DNA of 64,000 nucleotides. It comes from Tubiluchus corallicola. Taxonomy: Eukaryota > Animalia > Priapulida. Below, piece after piece: positions 26,001 through 64,000 of this stretch; positions within the stretch are counted from its first letter, which is position 1, and each line of letters opens with the position of its first letter. The DNA lies in NCBI GenBank assembly GCA_030141605.1, contig JAQGDQ010000918.1:16596-80595 (forward strand), read 5' to 3'. The translations under genes were made by a program, and so were the position numbers. The notes beneath the pieces were generated by a model. That model was not told where the DNA came from, made no database searches, and was given only the letters and a program-made list of their open reading frames with translations.

Positions 26001-29000
26001 TTACCGGCATTGACATGGGATGCTGCATTCAAGTCGTGCGGCATTCAAGTCGATGCCATTTCGGATCTGGACATGCTCCGCAACTTCGAAAACGGCATTA
26101 GAGGCGGAAGTGTCTTTGTGAACGTCCACAAAGTGTCGGGTCGGCTAACTGTCCCGAAATGGGCCACTCCTTCGAATAAACCGCTTGTAATTGCAATTAA
26201 TTTGATAAATCTATTCTAAATTCTAATTCATTCTAATGCATAAAATGGGTACATGGTCATGGATAAAATCTTCGAGTTCATGATGTTTTGTACGGAAACA
26301 TGGAAACTTACAACAGCACTAATCACTAAGCTTTGTCCTTTCAGACACAGACAGCTAGCGCTACTTGCAGTTCAGCTACAGCAGCAGAGACAGCTGGGGA
26401 CATCTGGTGGGAGGCGGAGTCCCGTCCGTCTCGCTCGTCACCACGTGGTCACAGTCAGCCGAACTCACCAAATCGTCCGGAGACAAGCGACGACATGGAA
26501 CTAGGTACGTATTTTAATTACTCAATTCATTGAAAGCAACACTATCTGTTTGTTTCTGTCTCACCTCTTGAGCTCAGAACATGTCAGCAAGGAGGGAGGA
26601 AATTTTTTTTAAAGCTTTGTGAATGTTTAAAGAGTCGGATTATAAAACTACACGTTTATTGAACATCAAACACAATAAATATAACAGATAGTGATGCCAA
26701 GCCCCCTGATCTAGCCTGCTCTCCTTCAGCTCCCAGACTCAATCCCCTGAGCTGCACGCATCACAAGGCTTATATCTCGTGCGCCGAGCATCGACGCATC
26801 GACGCCTACGCTTCGGTTTTGAATCACTTGCTCAGGTGACACCACTCCTTAACTGGCTTCATACCAGCATTCATCAACATAATTATCTATCATAATCTAA
26901 CACTTTTAACATAACGCTTTCAAAACAGTGAGTGTCATGCTAAACGGCAACCCTGGCTAAGTGTTAGCCGAAGAAAAACATGGCCGCAGCCTGCGTTCCC
27001 CGAAAGAAGGAAATAATAATTATTGCGGTTTACAGTTTAAATTAAAAAAATACGCTTGTCTATGACTGCGCAAGTGAGGTGACATTCTCCTTTCATTCAT
27101 CTTCAAATTTTCTCATTCATCCTTAATTTTTCTCATTCATCCTTAATTTTTCTCATTCATCCTCAAATTTTCTCATTCATCCTTAATTTTTCTCATTCAT
27201 CCTCAAATTTTCTCATTCATCCTTAAATTTTCTCATTCATCTCCAATTTTTCTCATTCATCCCCAAATGTTCTCAATCATCCTCAAATTTTCTCATTCAT
27301 CCTTAAATTTTCTCATTCATCCTCAAATTTTCTCATTCATCCTCAAATTTTCTCATTCATCCTCAAATTTTCTCGTTCATCCTTAAATTTTCTCATTCAT
27401 CCTCAAATTTTCTCATTCATCCTTAAATTTTCTCATTCATCTCCAATTTTTCTCATTCATCCCCAAATGTTCTCAATCATCCTCAAATTTTCTCATTCAT
27501 CCTTAAATTTTCTCATTCATCCTCAAATTTTCTCGTTCATCCTTAAATTTTCTCATTCATCCTCAAATTTTCTCGTTCATCCTTAAATTTTCTCATTCAT
27601 CCTCAAATTTTCTCGTTCATCCTTAAATTTTCTCATTCATCCTCAAATTTTCTCATTCATCCTCGAATTTTTAATAACCAATTGCAGAAATGTTAAAACA
27701 AGACATCGAGCAGTTACCATTTACGTTGTCATAATGAGTGCTAGAGAAAACAGTGTCCTAGCTAATAGAGCAGCAACGGGTAGCAACACGACACAATGGC
27801 ACTTTTCAACAATTTCTAACTCTTTAGTCAATCTGTTTGATGAAAGTCGAATCTTTTTTGTTATTTTTTTTAACGACCTGTTCCTGGAAGAATTTTCTGG
27901 AGTTTATTATTTATCTGACCCCCCGTGTTTTTGAAATTAGCGTGCATTTACACAACTCATTTGTCGGGGTTGATTAGTTGAATCACGGATCAAATTTGCC
28001 TCAAATCTAATAATTACATCACATTCTCGTCGCGCGATTGCGTCTTTACGTTTTTTTGTGAGGATGTCACATCATGTCTGTTGTTAAAATTATTTCGAAA
28101 AACAGTCATAGATTTTTTCTGGTAAAAAAGTCTTGAAGAAAAACATTTTCTTGCACTTTAATTTCAAACACTAAATTAAAATGTATAAGCAATACGTTAA
28201 AAATTATTTGGTGAATGTTACATTGCCTTTTTACACTCGCTCCCCCTAATTTTAGAATCTTGAGAGATCACGTGATTGGTGCATTTTTTCAGGTGCCTGT
28301 GCTGCTGGTCCATCTCAGAGTGACATCATGACGTCGGTGGCAGAGGAGGCATGCGCTCGTACGCGCTCTCCACCACCTCTGTATAGTACTGTAGCTAGCC
28401 AAGCCAATCTAGTGAATACGTTACCAGCATCGGTTTATGGTAAGTTTGACATAGTACAGTAAACTTCGCATTAGTCAAATTTTTGCCTCACTCAAAGAAA
28501 TTCAGGGGAACAGATGAAAGCTTTTGTTTTTCTCAGAAAAACCATCGCTTAACTCAGAATTTCGCCAAACTTAAATGAAAAATCACGGTTCGTTTAATCA
28601 AAATACGTGTAGTTTATTTCACTTAACTCAAAAATACAATTTACGCTCTAGAAAAATAAAAAGTTTCGTACAATTCGAAAACATTATCGTCTTCCGGGAA
28701 AATTCTGATGTCTTAGAAGTTGTCCCCCCTCCGATTATTTTCTTCGGGATTCTTCTTTGCGCGTTGTGTACGTGTCCTTTTGTAATGTAAAAAATTGTGT
28801 TTCACTACATAACTTGTTATTCTTTATGTAACTGTCATCAAATCTCGTCGTTCATGTATAGAAGGGTTGACTTTCTGCCTTCTATTTAGCGATGATGGAA
28901 TAGAAAAATAGTAAGATTAGGGATAGGAAGAAGGAAGAGAGGAGAGGATGAGTGAATGAAAGAATGGTTAGGGTTAGTAGACTTGATTGAATGGAAAAAA

Positions 29001-29325
29001 GTAAGATTAGGGATAGGAAGAAGGAAAAGAGGAGAAGAAACGACCACAGTGTATGTTTAATTTAGAGCTGTATTAAAATAGCATTATAATTGATTGGAGG
29101 CCATATATTGCGACTGTATGAGATATGGAACCATTAAAATTGCATTATAAGTATGAATCAAAAATGGTCCTTTTCAAGGCTGAACTTTGTTTTGTTTCAG
29201 GTTTTGCAAACACCGATTGGGAGGAACAGTCCATACTTGCTCAGGTTATTGCCGAATCCCAGCGTGAATATCTAGACAATTTGCGGAAGAGCGTAGCTAA
29301 TGCGGACGAGCCGGGAGCCAGTTAA
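15217..29325 (+). CDS. OTUD5: OTU domain-containing protein 5 (DUBA) deubiquitinase; 9 exons, 1551 nt, 516 aa
   Basis: Starts MTILPKKK as vertebrate OTUD5 does; GYNSGDEY activation motif; catalytic DGACLFRAV and HYNSVV; [10 protein letters not shown]; [24 protein letters not shown]; C-terminal [18 protein letters not shown]. All introns are GT-AG with consistent phases. Confidence 0.95.
15716..16446. mobile_element. Foldback/MITE with long imperfect TIRs
   Basis: About 110-nt imperfect inverted ends (TTGGTCAAATGTCA...GGCATCAAATTATCAA vs TTGATAATTTGATGCC...TGACATTTGACCAA). The interior is shared, inverted, with 37190-37570. Confidence 0.65.
16820..17653. repeat. 37-bp minisatellite, about 22 copies
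   Basis: Unit CTAAATAAGTTCTGTGCGTGTGATGGTATTCTACAGT. Confidence 0.95.
17714..17807 (+). CDS. OTUD5: OTUD5 exon 2 (catalytic Cys)
   Basis: TTGCAG|[31 protein letters not shown]|GTAAGA. Confidence 0.93.
18957..19184 (+). CDS. OTUD5: OTUD5 exon 3
   Basis: TTTCAG|(A)[10 protein letters not shown]...[15 protein letters not shown]...NGI|GTGAGA. Confidence 0.93.
19201..20771. mobile_element. Tc1/pogo-like non-autonomous element carrying an expanded 57-bp array
   Basis: TA|CAGTAAA...TTTACTG|TA ends. 19221-19400 and the right end are homologous, inverted, to 28457-28790. Confidence 0.6.
19345..20425. repeat. 57-bp minisatellite, about 19 copies
   Basis: Unit TGAGTTAGGCGAAGTAAACTACACGTAGTTTGATTAAATGGACCATAATTTTTTATG. 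Confidence 0.95.
20948..21335. mobile_element. Diverged copy of hAT MITE family A
   Basis: Colinear by eye with 281-692 (TTCGAA blocks, ACAAAGATC, AAATTGTG, GTGCTGAAT motifs). Confidence 0.7.
21434..21582 (+). CDS. OTUD5: OTUD5 exon 4 (catalytic His)
   Basis: TTTTAG|(E)PIKLFQ...[35 protein letters not shown]|GTAAGT. Confidence 0.93.
21610..22087 (+). repeat. Interspersed repeat; near-identical, internally deleted copy at 25210-25497
   Basis: TTGTTTTGGATATAAGCACGTGGTGCCTCC...GTTGGACTTGTATTTAG occurs in both OTUD5 intron 4 and intron 6. Confidence 0.8.
22936..22998 (+). CDS. OTUD5: OTUD5 exon 5
   Basis: TTTCAG|[21 protein letters not shown]|GTAAAT. Confidence 0.9.
23545..24260 (-). mobile_element. 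Partial Kolobok-like family K2 copy with a nested foldback element (23681-24179)
   Basis: Reverse complement of 40126-40340, split at a duplicated TA by an element with TIRs TAGGTTTTACA(T/A)GTCAAATGTAGAC. Confidence 0.7.
24300..24437 (+). CDS. OTUD5: OTUD5 exon 6
   Basis: TTTTAG|[46 protein letters not shown]|GTAAGA. Confidence 0.93.
25735..26140 (+). pseudogene. Frameshifted fragment of a Maverick/Polinton (adintovirus-like) protein-primed DNA polymerase B
   Basis: Across two frameshifts and one stop: [98 protein letters not shown]...[15 protein letters not shown]. This matches the LP-x-K-x2-F...D-x2-LLADVF...LDP-x-HY...P-x-L-x-WDA...GIRGG signature of Polinton-type PolB. Confidence 0.8.
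26345..26504 (+). CDS. OTUD5: OTUD5 exon 7
   Basis: TTTCAG|[15 protein letters not shown]...SDDMEL|[15 protein letters not shown] is conserved in OTUD5. Confidence 0.88.
26624..26911 (-). mobile_element. Putative solo LTR
   Basis: TGTTAAAAG...CTTTAAACA ends on the minus strand with AATAAA near the 3' end; similar to 9151-9529; no clear TSD. Confidence 0.35.
27092..27670. repeat. 20-bp minisatellite, about 29 copies
   Basis: Unit TCTCATTCATCCTCAAATTT. Confidence 0.95.
28293..28439 (+). CDS. OTUD5: OTUD5 exon 8
   Basis: TTTCAG|(G)[12 protein letters not shown]...[11 protein letters not shown]|GTAAGT, phase 1/1. Confidence 0.85.
28457..28790. mobile_element. Tc1/pogo-like element, same family as 19201-20771, with a single 57-bp unit
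   Basis: TA|CAGTAAACTTCGC terminus; interior homologous to 19221-19410 in reverse orientation. Confidence 0.65.
29201..29325 (+). CDS. OTUD5: OTUD5 exon 9 (UIM, stop)
   Basis: TTTCAG|(G)[40 protein letters not shown]. Confidence 0.9.
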
Positions 29326-30541
29326 TACCCCGTAACCGTACCGTGATTATTTACCCCCTAGTCTTTGGTAGCGATTCATTAACTACGAAATGAGCAAAGT
29401 GTACAATCTTGGTTAAATTGAAAATGTACATCTTGATAGAAACTGTCGATTTTTGATTTTTTCTTTTTGAAATCTATGTTTGTGTAAGTATGTCGTTATT
29501 GTTTGTGTATGGCATGTCAGCGGTGCCATTTGGAAGCAGAATTTGTGTGCAGTCAAAGATTTCTGCTCTTGCTATATGTGATATGACATCAAACATTGAG
29601 TAATGCAAAATAGAGTATGTAAGCCTTGAAATTTATTACATATTTATGTATTTTGAAAGTTTTACATAGAAATTTAGCTGTCAAAAGATTTTATTTTATT
29701 TTTCTTGTTTGATATGAATTTTGTTCATATTTTGTTATGGGCAGTAAGTTGTTTATAATGGTGACCATGACAATAACATAAATTTATGTGTTTTTAGCGT
29801 CCAGGTTAATAATACAGTAAACTCCACGTAATTCAAAATCGCATAACTCAAATTTTCGTCTAACTTAAATAAAAAATTATAGTTCCTTTATTCAAAACAC
29901 ATAATTAATTAAACAATTAATCATTTAGTCAAAGATACAATTTATACTTGTATTGTTTAACTACTGATAAGTATATACGTGTCATTCAGTTTGCCTCTGG
30001 AAGATACTTTTCAGTAGTCAAACAATAAGAGTATAAATTATGTATATATACTTTATATATATATATATGTGGAAGATCTGAATTTCTCAAACTCCATTCG
30101 CATACCAACTTTGTTTAATGCATTATGCTTATATCCATTCGCATAGTATGATATCCGCATATAATATAATACACATTACATATAGATGATTTAGGTTATT
30201 GTACATGTCTATTTTTGCTCCACAAAATATTGTCCATGCCTTTCAGTAGTAACATCAGTGTAACCAGCGTAATTTCATTGTTAGGTTTTTTTACCGGCAC
30301 CGCTGGTTTGGTGCTGTAATTGGTTTCTAGATATGCAGTCTTGGGCACCCCCCAAGACCCTCACAATATTCGATAGATAAGAATTTAGTTGCCCGCCTGT
30401 TGCCGTCTTATTAGGTTTGGAAAACGTCATGAATTTATGACGCTTATCTTGAGAAAACGCTACTACACTCGTGTCTCGGTTTGCCGGACAAAAGCGATGA
30501 GGCGTCCGTTTGTATTTACCGATACTAAGCTAACATAGTAG

Positions 30542-31006
30542 CAGGGATGAGAATTTTCCGTGGATACGCGGAATTCCGAGTTTTTGGAAGACCAGCAGTG
30601 CCATTTTTGTAAAATCGCGTGAATTCGTTGAGAAAATTTTTACGGACGCAGTACATTATTTCACAAGCTGACCACTAGTTGGCAGGCCGTCACTTTGTTT
30701 ACATCATATACATCAGTGTAACCACGTGTATATCTCTATGTATAAAAATATAGAATCAATAGTGTGGAATTATTTGAGTCAATTGCAGACAGTTTTTATA
30801 TAGTTTCGCATAGGAGTGGCCAGTACTTAGGCGTTTTTGAGACGATTAAGTATCATGTATTCTTGATAGTTCGGTATTTTAAATTATGCATGGAACAAGG
30901 TAATTGATATTTTAAGTCCACTTAGAGGCTGTCTATGGTCACAAAATTGTAATTTGTTGCTTCCTACGGCCTGTTTCAGAGTTTTTTGTAATTTGTCTCA
31001 TCCCTG
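30542..31006 (-). mobile_element. hAT-like MITE family B (6-bp TSD)
   Basis: CAGGGATGAGA...TCTCATCCCTG, flanked by TAGTAG on both sides. Confidence 0.85.
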
Positions 31007-31432
31007 TAGTAGCCGTAATGTAGAATCAATCGCCTAATTGTCTCAAAATTGATAAGTGTGGGCCGCTCCTGACATGCAAGTTACACACGTCATGATATAA
31101 ACAAAGTGATGATATGCCAACTACTTGTCAGCTTGTGAAACAACGGACTGTGTCCAACTAGTATGCAGGACTTAGTGGTCCAGATTTTTCCTATTTTTCC
31201 CACATCTGTAAAAGTGAGGTCCGATAAACCGAGATATGAGTGTACATAATATAGATTAATGTGCTCGGATGCATTTGTACACATGCTTTGTGCTTCTTCC
31301 GGATAATTATTATAATGTATAATAAAAACACAAACAATTACCATTTGTTTAATTTGTTTTATTTGTGGAGTTTTATGTTGTCCATTAGGTAAAAGTGTAA
31401 TGTGTTTATCTGGCATCTCAAAACAGTTCACA

Positions 31433-32567
31433 CCAGTGTGGTCACTATTGAAGGACCATGAGTGGCAAACCAGTGTGGTCATTACTGAAGGAACCACGTG
31501 TGGCAAGCCAGTGTGGTCACTACTGAAGGAACCACGAGTGGCCAGCCAGTGTGGTCACTACTGAAGGAACCACGAGTGGCCAGCCAGTGTGGTGACTACT
31601 GAAGGACCATGAGTGACGAGCCAGTGTGGTCACTACTGAAGGAACCACGAGTTACAAGCCAGTGTGGTCACTACTGAAGGACCACGAGTGGCAAGCCAGT
31701 GTGGTCACTACTGAAGGAACCACAAGTTACAAGCCAGTGTGGTCACTACTGAAGGACCACGAGTGGCAAGCCAGTGTGGTCACTACTGAAGGACCATGAA
31801 TGACGAGCCAGTGTGGTCACTACTGAAGGAACCACGAGTGGCAAGCCAGTGTGGTCACTACTGAAGGAACCACAAGTTACAAGCCAGTGTGGTGACTACT
31901 GAAGGACCATGAGTGACGAGCCAGTGTGGTCACTACTGAAGGAACCACAAGTTACAAGCCAGTGTGGTCACTACTGAAGGACCACGAGTGGCAAGCCAGT
32001 GTGGTCACTACTGAAGGACCATGAATGACGAGCCAGTGTGGTCACTACTGAAGGAACCACGAGTGGCAAGCCAGTGTGGTCACTACTGAAGGAACCACAA
32101 GTTACAAGCCAGTGTGGTCACTACTGAAGGACCACGAGTGGCAAGCCAGTGTGGTCACTACTGAAGAACCAGGAGTGGCCAGCCAGTGTGGTCACTACTG
32201 AAGAACCAGGAGTGGCAAGCCAGTGTGGTCACTACTGAAGGACCACGAGTGGCAAGCCAGTGTGGTCACTACTGAAGAACCAGGAGTGGCCAGCCAGTGT
32301 GGTCACTACTGAAGGAACCACAAGTTACAAGCCAGTGTGGTGACTACTGAAGGACCATGAGTGACGAGCCAGTGTGGTCACTACTGAAGGAACCACGAGT
32401 GGCAAGCCAGTGTGGTCACTACTGAAGGAACCACGAGTGGCCAGCCAGTGTGGTCACTACTGAAGGAACCACGAGTGGCAAGCCAGTGTGGTCACTACTA
32501 AAGGAACCACGAGTGGCAAGCCAGTGTGGTCACTACTGAAGAACCAGGAGTGGCAAGCCAGTGTGAC
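31433..32567. repeat. 37/38-bp minisatellite, about 30 copies
   Basis: Unit CCAGTGTGGTCACTACTGAAGGAACCACGAGTGGCAAG with several variants of the second half. Confidence 0.95.
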
Positions 32568-32999
32568 CACCGAGTCTCTTGCAGTCGGCATCAATTATGA
32601 TCATTTGAAACATTATTAGACGACATTTATCTAGGGAAGAGCAGGGATACATCCTGATTTGTAGTCCTGTACTGTGTAGAAAATACTGTAATTTGGGCTT
32701 GCACAATCTAACATTCAAATGTAACAAACGAGCGAAAAGCAAAGTTAGAATCACGTCTTCAGGTGACTATTTAATAGAGCAGTAATGAATCAACAAAGTG
32801 CAAAAATTAGTTTATAAACTATTTGATAGATTATTAGTAAAATTTTCTAGTTACAATCATCGTTCCCTCCAATCTACATTATTTCTATCTTACAATCGCA
32901 GAAACTAGGCACAAAAGGCCTTCATTAGCAAGGCTATATAGATGTGGAGGATGTCGTAACGCGTAAGATTCTGAATCGGAAAAGTAGAGAAGTCAAAGG

Positions 33000-33165
33000 G
33001 CAAGGAAGAGGGGGGAGATGGAGATGAAGGGAGGGAGAGGAGAGAGAGAGGGGGGAGCAAGGGAGAGAGAGAGAGAGGGGGGAGAGAGACAGAGAGAGAG
33101 AGGGAGAGAGACAGAGACACAGAGAGAGAGAGAGAAAGAGAGAGAGGGAGAGAGAAGAAAGAAGA
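33000..33165. repeat. GA-rich purine tract
   Basis: Direct reading. Confidence 0.9.
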
Positions 33166-33874
33166 AACATTTATTTCATACCAAAGCCCACATAAACAAT
33201 GTCCCTGCAAAGTCAGAGAAATTGGAAAGGGTTACAAAAATCACCGTAAACCGATATTTTTCCAAACATTTTTGAATGAATCGTGCTCAAATAAAGTTTT
33301 ACTATGACAGGCTGCCAGTTCCAATTTCTGTTCCAAAAATAACGATTGTTCGATACATTTTATATCAGTACATGTATGAATGTCCATACACAAAAATGGT
33401 TGAATGTTTATACTGGTTATGCAATTTCTGTTTATCTTGGTCATGGAAAATCAATATTTGGTCAGAGAAAAGTCAAGGAAATTTATTTTAAAATTTTGCG
33501 GGAACCCTGTCAGTACTAAAAAGCCATGAAAACAGGGAATGCATACAGGAGGAAAGCGAGTGGGCAAAAATTGCGGAAACAGGAAACAGCAAAGAAAACA
33601 GGGTAAAACACGATCAATATTCACCAAGATGCGATCATTTTAATTAAAATATCAAATATAATTAAAATATAAACTCATGCATCCGAAACCGAGCAAAAAT
33701 ATTATCACAGATACTGTTATCACAAGTTCATAAATAAACTGTCAGCTGATGCATTAATCAAAGATCTGTGGATTAACAATTTTCCATAGAAACCTGCTCT
33801 TAATTTTCACCCCTTTTTGCTTTTCTGCACTTACGACATGATTGTGGTTGTGTAACGAAATGCACAATCGCATA

Positions 33875-33992
33875 AAACTCGCATTGTTGAAAAACTCGCA
33901 TTGTTGAAAACTCGCATTGTTGAAAAACTCACATTGTTGAAAAACTCACATTGTTGAAAACTCACATTGTTGAAAAACTCACATTGTTGAAA
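33875..33992. repeat. Short 17-19-bp tandem repeat, about 6 copies
   Basis: AAACTC(G/A)CATTGTTGAAA repeated. Confidence 0.85.
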
Positions 33993-34617
33993 ATTAACAA
34001 CACGCATCAACAGCAGTTTTCAAAAGCAAAGCTTGATTCATATAAAGACAAGTTCAGGTCGACCTGCAACGCGACACAACTCGACTCAACTAAACAGTCG
34101 ACTGCGACTGATTTCCAGCAACTAGGAAGATGCGAGTTGCAACACTGTTCAAGTCACTCACAGATGAAAAAACTCAGACCACAAAACGTGACCAGATCAC
34201 AATCATCGTCGAATAATGCTCAGGTTAAAACTGAGTGGAACCGCAAGAAGAACATTAGAGTGAATTGAATTGCACTGAGTTGAGTTGCGTTGCAACTTTC
34301 TTTATGTCGACTCGATATACTTGGACCTATTGACATACTGTACACTGCCATTTGCAGACAGCAACTGTTGCCGAGTCATCTTTGTTGCTCTCAGATGAGT
34401 AGCGTTGCAAGGTTGACCTAAGCCTGCATTTAGACTAGACTTTCTTGATCACAAAAGTGACTTTCTTGATCACTGACTTGATCACAAAAACCCGATTTTC
34501 ACTAAATAACACATTTCAAACGTGTAAAAACAGAAATTTCAAATGAAGGACAATTTCTAAAGCTGCATTCACACGATGACGATGAAATAATTTACGCTGT
34601 GCGTCAAGCTACCCTTT

Positions 34618-63095
<28,478 letters not shown>

Positions 63096-63134
63096 CTGCA
63101 AATAGAGAGAACTTAGCGCTTCATCCCACAGCTT

Positions 63135-63576
63135 CAGGGATGAGAATGACAAATTGTAAAAAAACTCTGAAACAGGCCGGGGGGTTGGGGGCTGCGTAGG
63201 CCATAGAGAACCTTTAAGTGGACTTAAAATATCAATCACCTTGTTTCATGCATAATTTAAAATGCTCAACTATCAAGGATACATGATACCTAATTGTCTC
63301 AAAAACGCCTAAGTACTGGCCGCTCCTATGCAAAAGTATATAAAAACTGTCTGCAATTGACTCAAATAACTCCGCACAATTAATTCTATATTTTTATACA
63401 TAGAGATCTACACGTGGTTACACTGATGTACGTGATGTAAACAAAGTGGCGGCCTGCCACCTAGCGGTCAGCTTGCGAAATAATGTACTGGGTCCATAAA
63501 AATCTTCTCAACGAATTTACGTGATTTACAAAAATGGCACTGCTGGTCTCCCGAAAACTCGGAATTCCGCGTATCC
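63135..63576 (+). mobile_element. hAT-like MITE family B (right TIR missing)
   Basis: CAGGGATGAGAATGACAAATTG...; colinear with 44612-45050. Confidence 0.8.
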
Positions 63577-63915
63577 CACAGGTTCGCATGACCCTCGGAA
63601 ACATTTGCATATGATAAATTAGGCCTTGGTTAAATCCACGAAAAAAGACAACCTCTAGGAATCAACGTATTTATTGAGCGCTATCGTCTGTAGCACCGTG
63701 TCGCCCTCTATGTCTCGCAACAAGCTGCTAACAGTGTCACTCGATTAACTAAATAAATATTAATGTCGTCTAAATAGGGGTGGTTGCTAAGGTGACCTTT
63801 TGGTTTTTTGCCACCCCGTCTCAATGTAGTGTTTATCATCTTAAAGAAACATTGTATGTTATTATATGTGTAAATTTAAATGAGACGAATAAAATCAGAT
63901 CTAATTTAATATAAT

Positions 63916-63985
63916 CTAACCTAACCTAACCTGACCTAGCCTAACCTAACCTAACCAAATCTAACCTAACCTAACCTGACCTAGT
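63916..63985. repeat. (CTAAC)n / TTAGG-type pentamer repeat
   Basis: Direct reading. Confidence 0.85.
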
Positions 63986-64000
63986 CAACCATTACCTGTT

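Noticed and set aside
31433-32567. CRISPR array
   Set aside because: The variable segments are short, mutually related and recurrent rather than unique spacers; eukaryotic context and no cas genes.

Overview
AT-rich, repeat-dense animal (most likely invertebrate) genomic DNA with three spliced protein-coding genes. I assembled them by hand from GT-AG boundaries and reading-phase continuity. (1) A minus-strand gene encoding a PAN/apple-like module plus a C-terminal pentraxin domain (4 exons resolved, 4267-7065; 5' end unresolved). (2) A complete plus-strand OTUD5/DUBA deubiquitinase (9 exons, 15217-29325, 516 aa). (3) The 3' part of a minus-strand polycystin-1-family gene (PKD1L/REJ-like; 16 exons, 34618-63095, about 987 aa in the window, continuing off the right edge), tail-to-tail with OTUD5. 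Introns and intergenic DNA are filled with non-autonomous DNA transposons (hAT-, piggyBac-, Kolobok- and Tc1/pogo-like), SINE, LINE and Penelope remnants, solo LTRs, a decayed Maverick/Polinton-type DNA polymerase B fragment and about a dozen unrelated minisatellites. The most unusual pattern is five independent tandem duplications that copy the 3' end of a coding exon together with its splice donor (or stop codon). They form an apparent age series from intact decoy donors to eroded ones. Most long ORFs in the supplied track are repeat artefacts.
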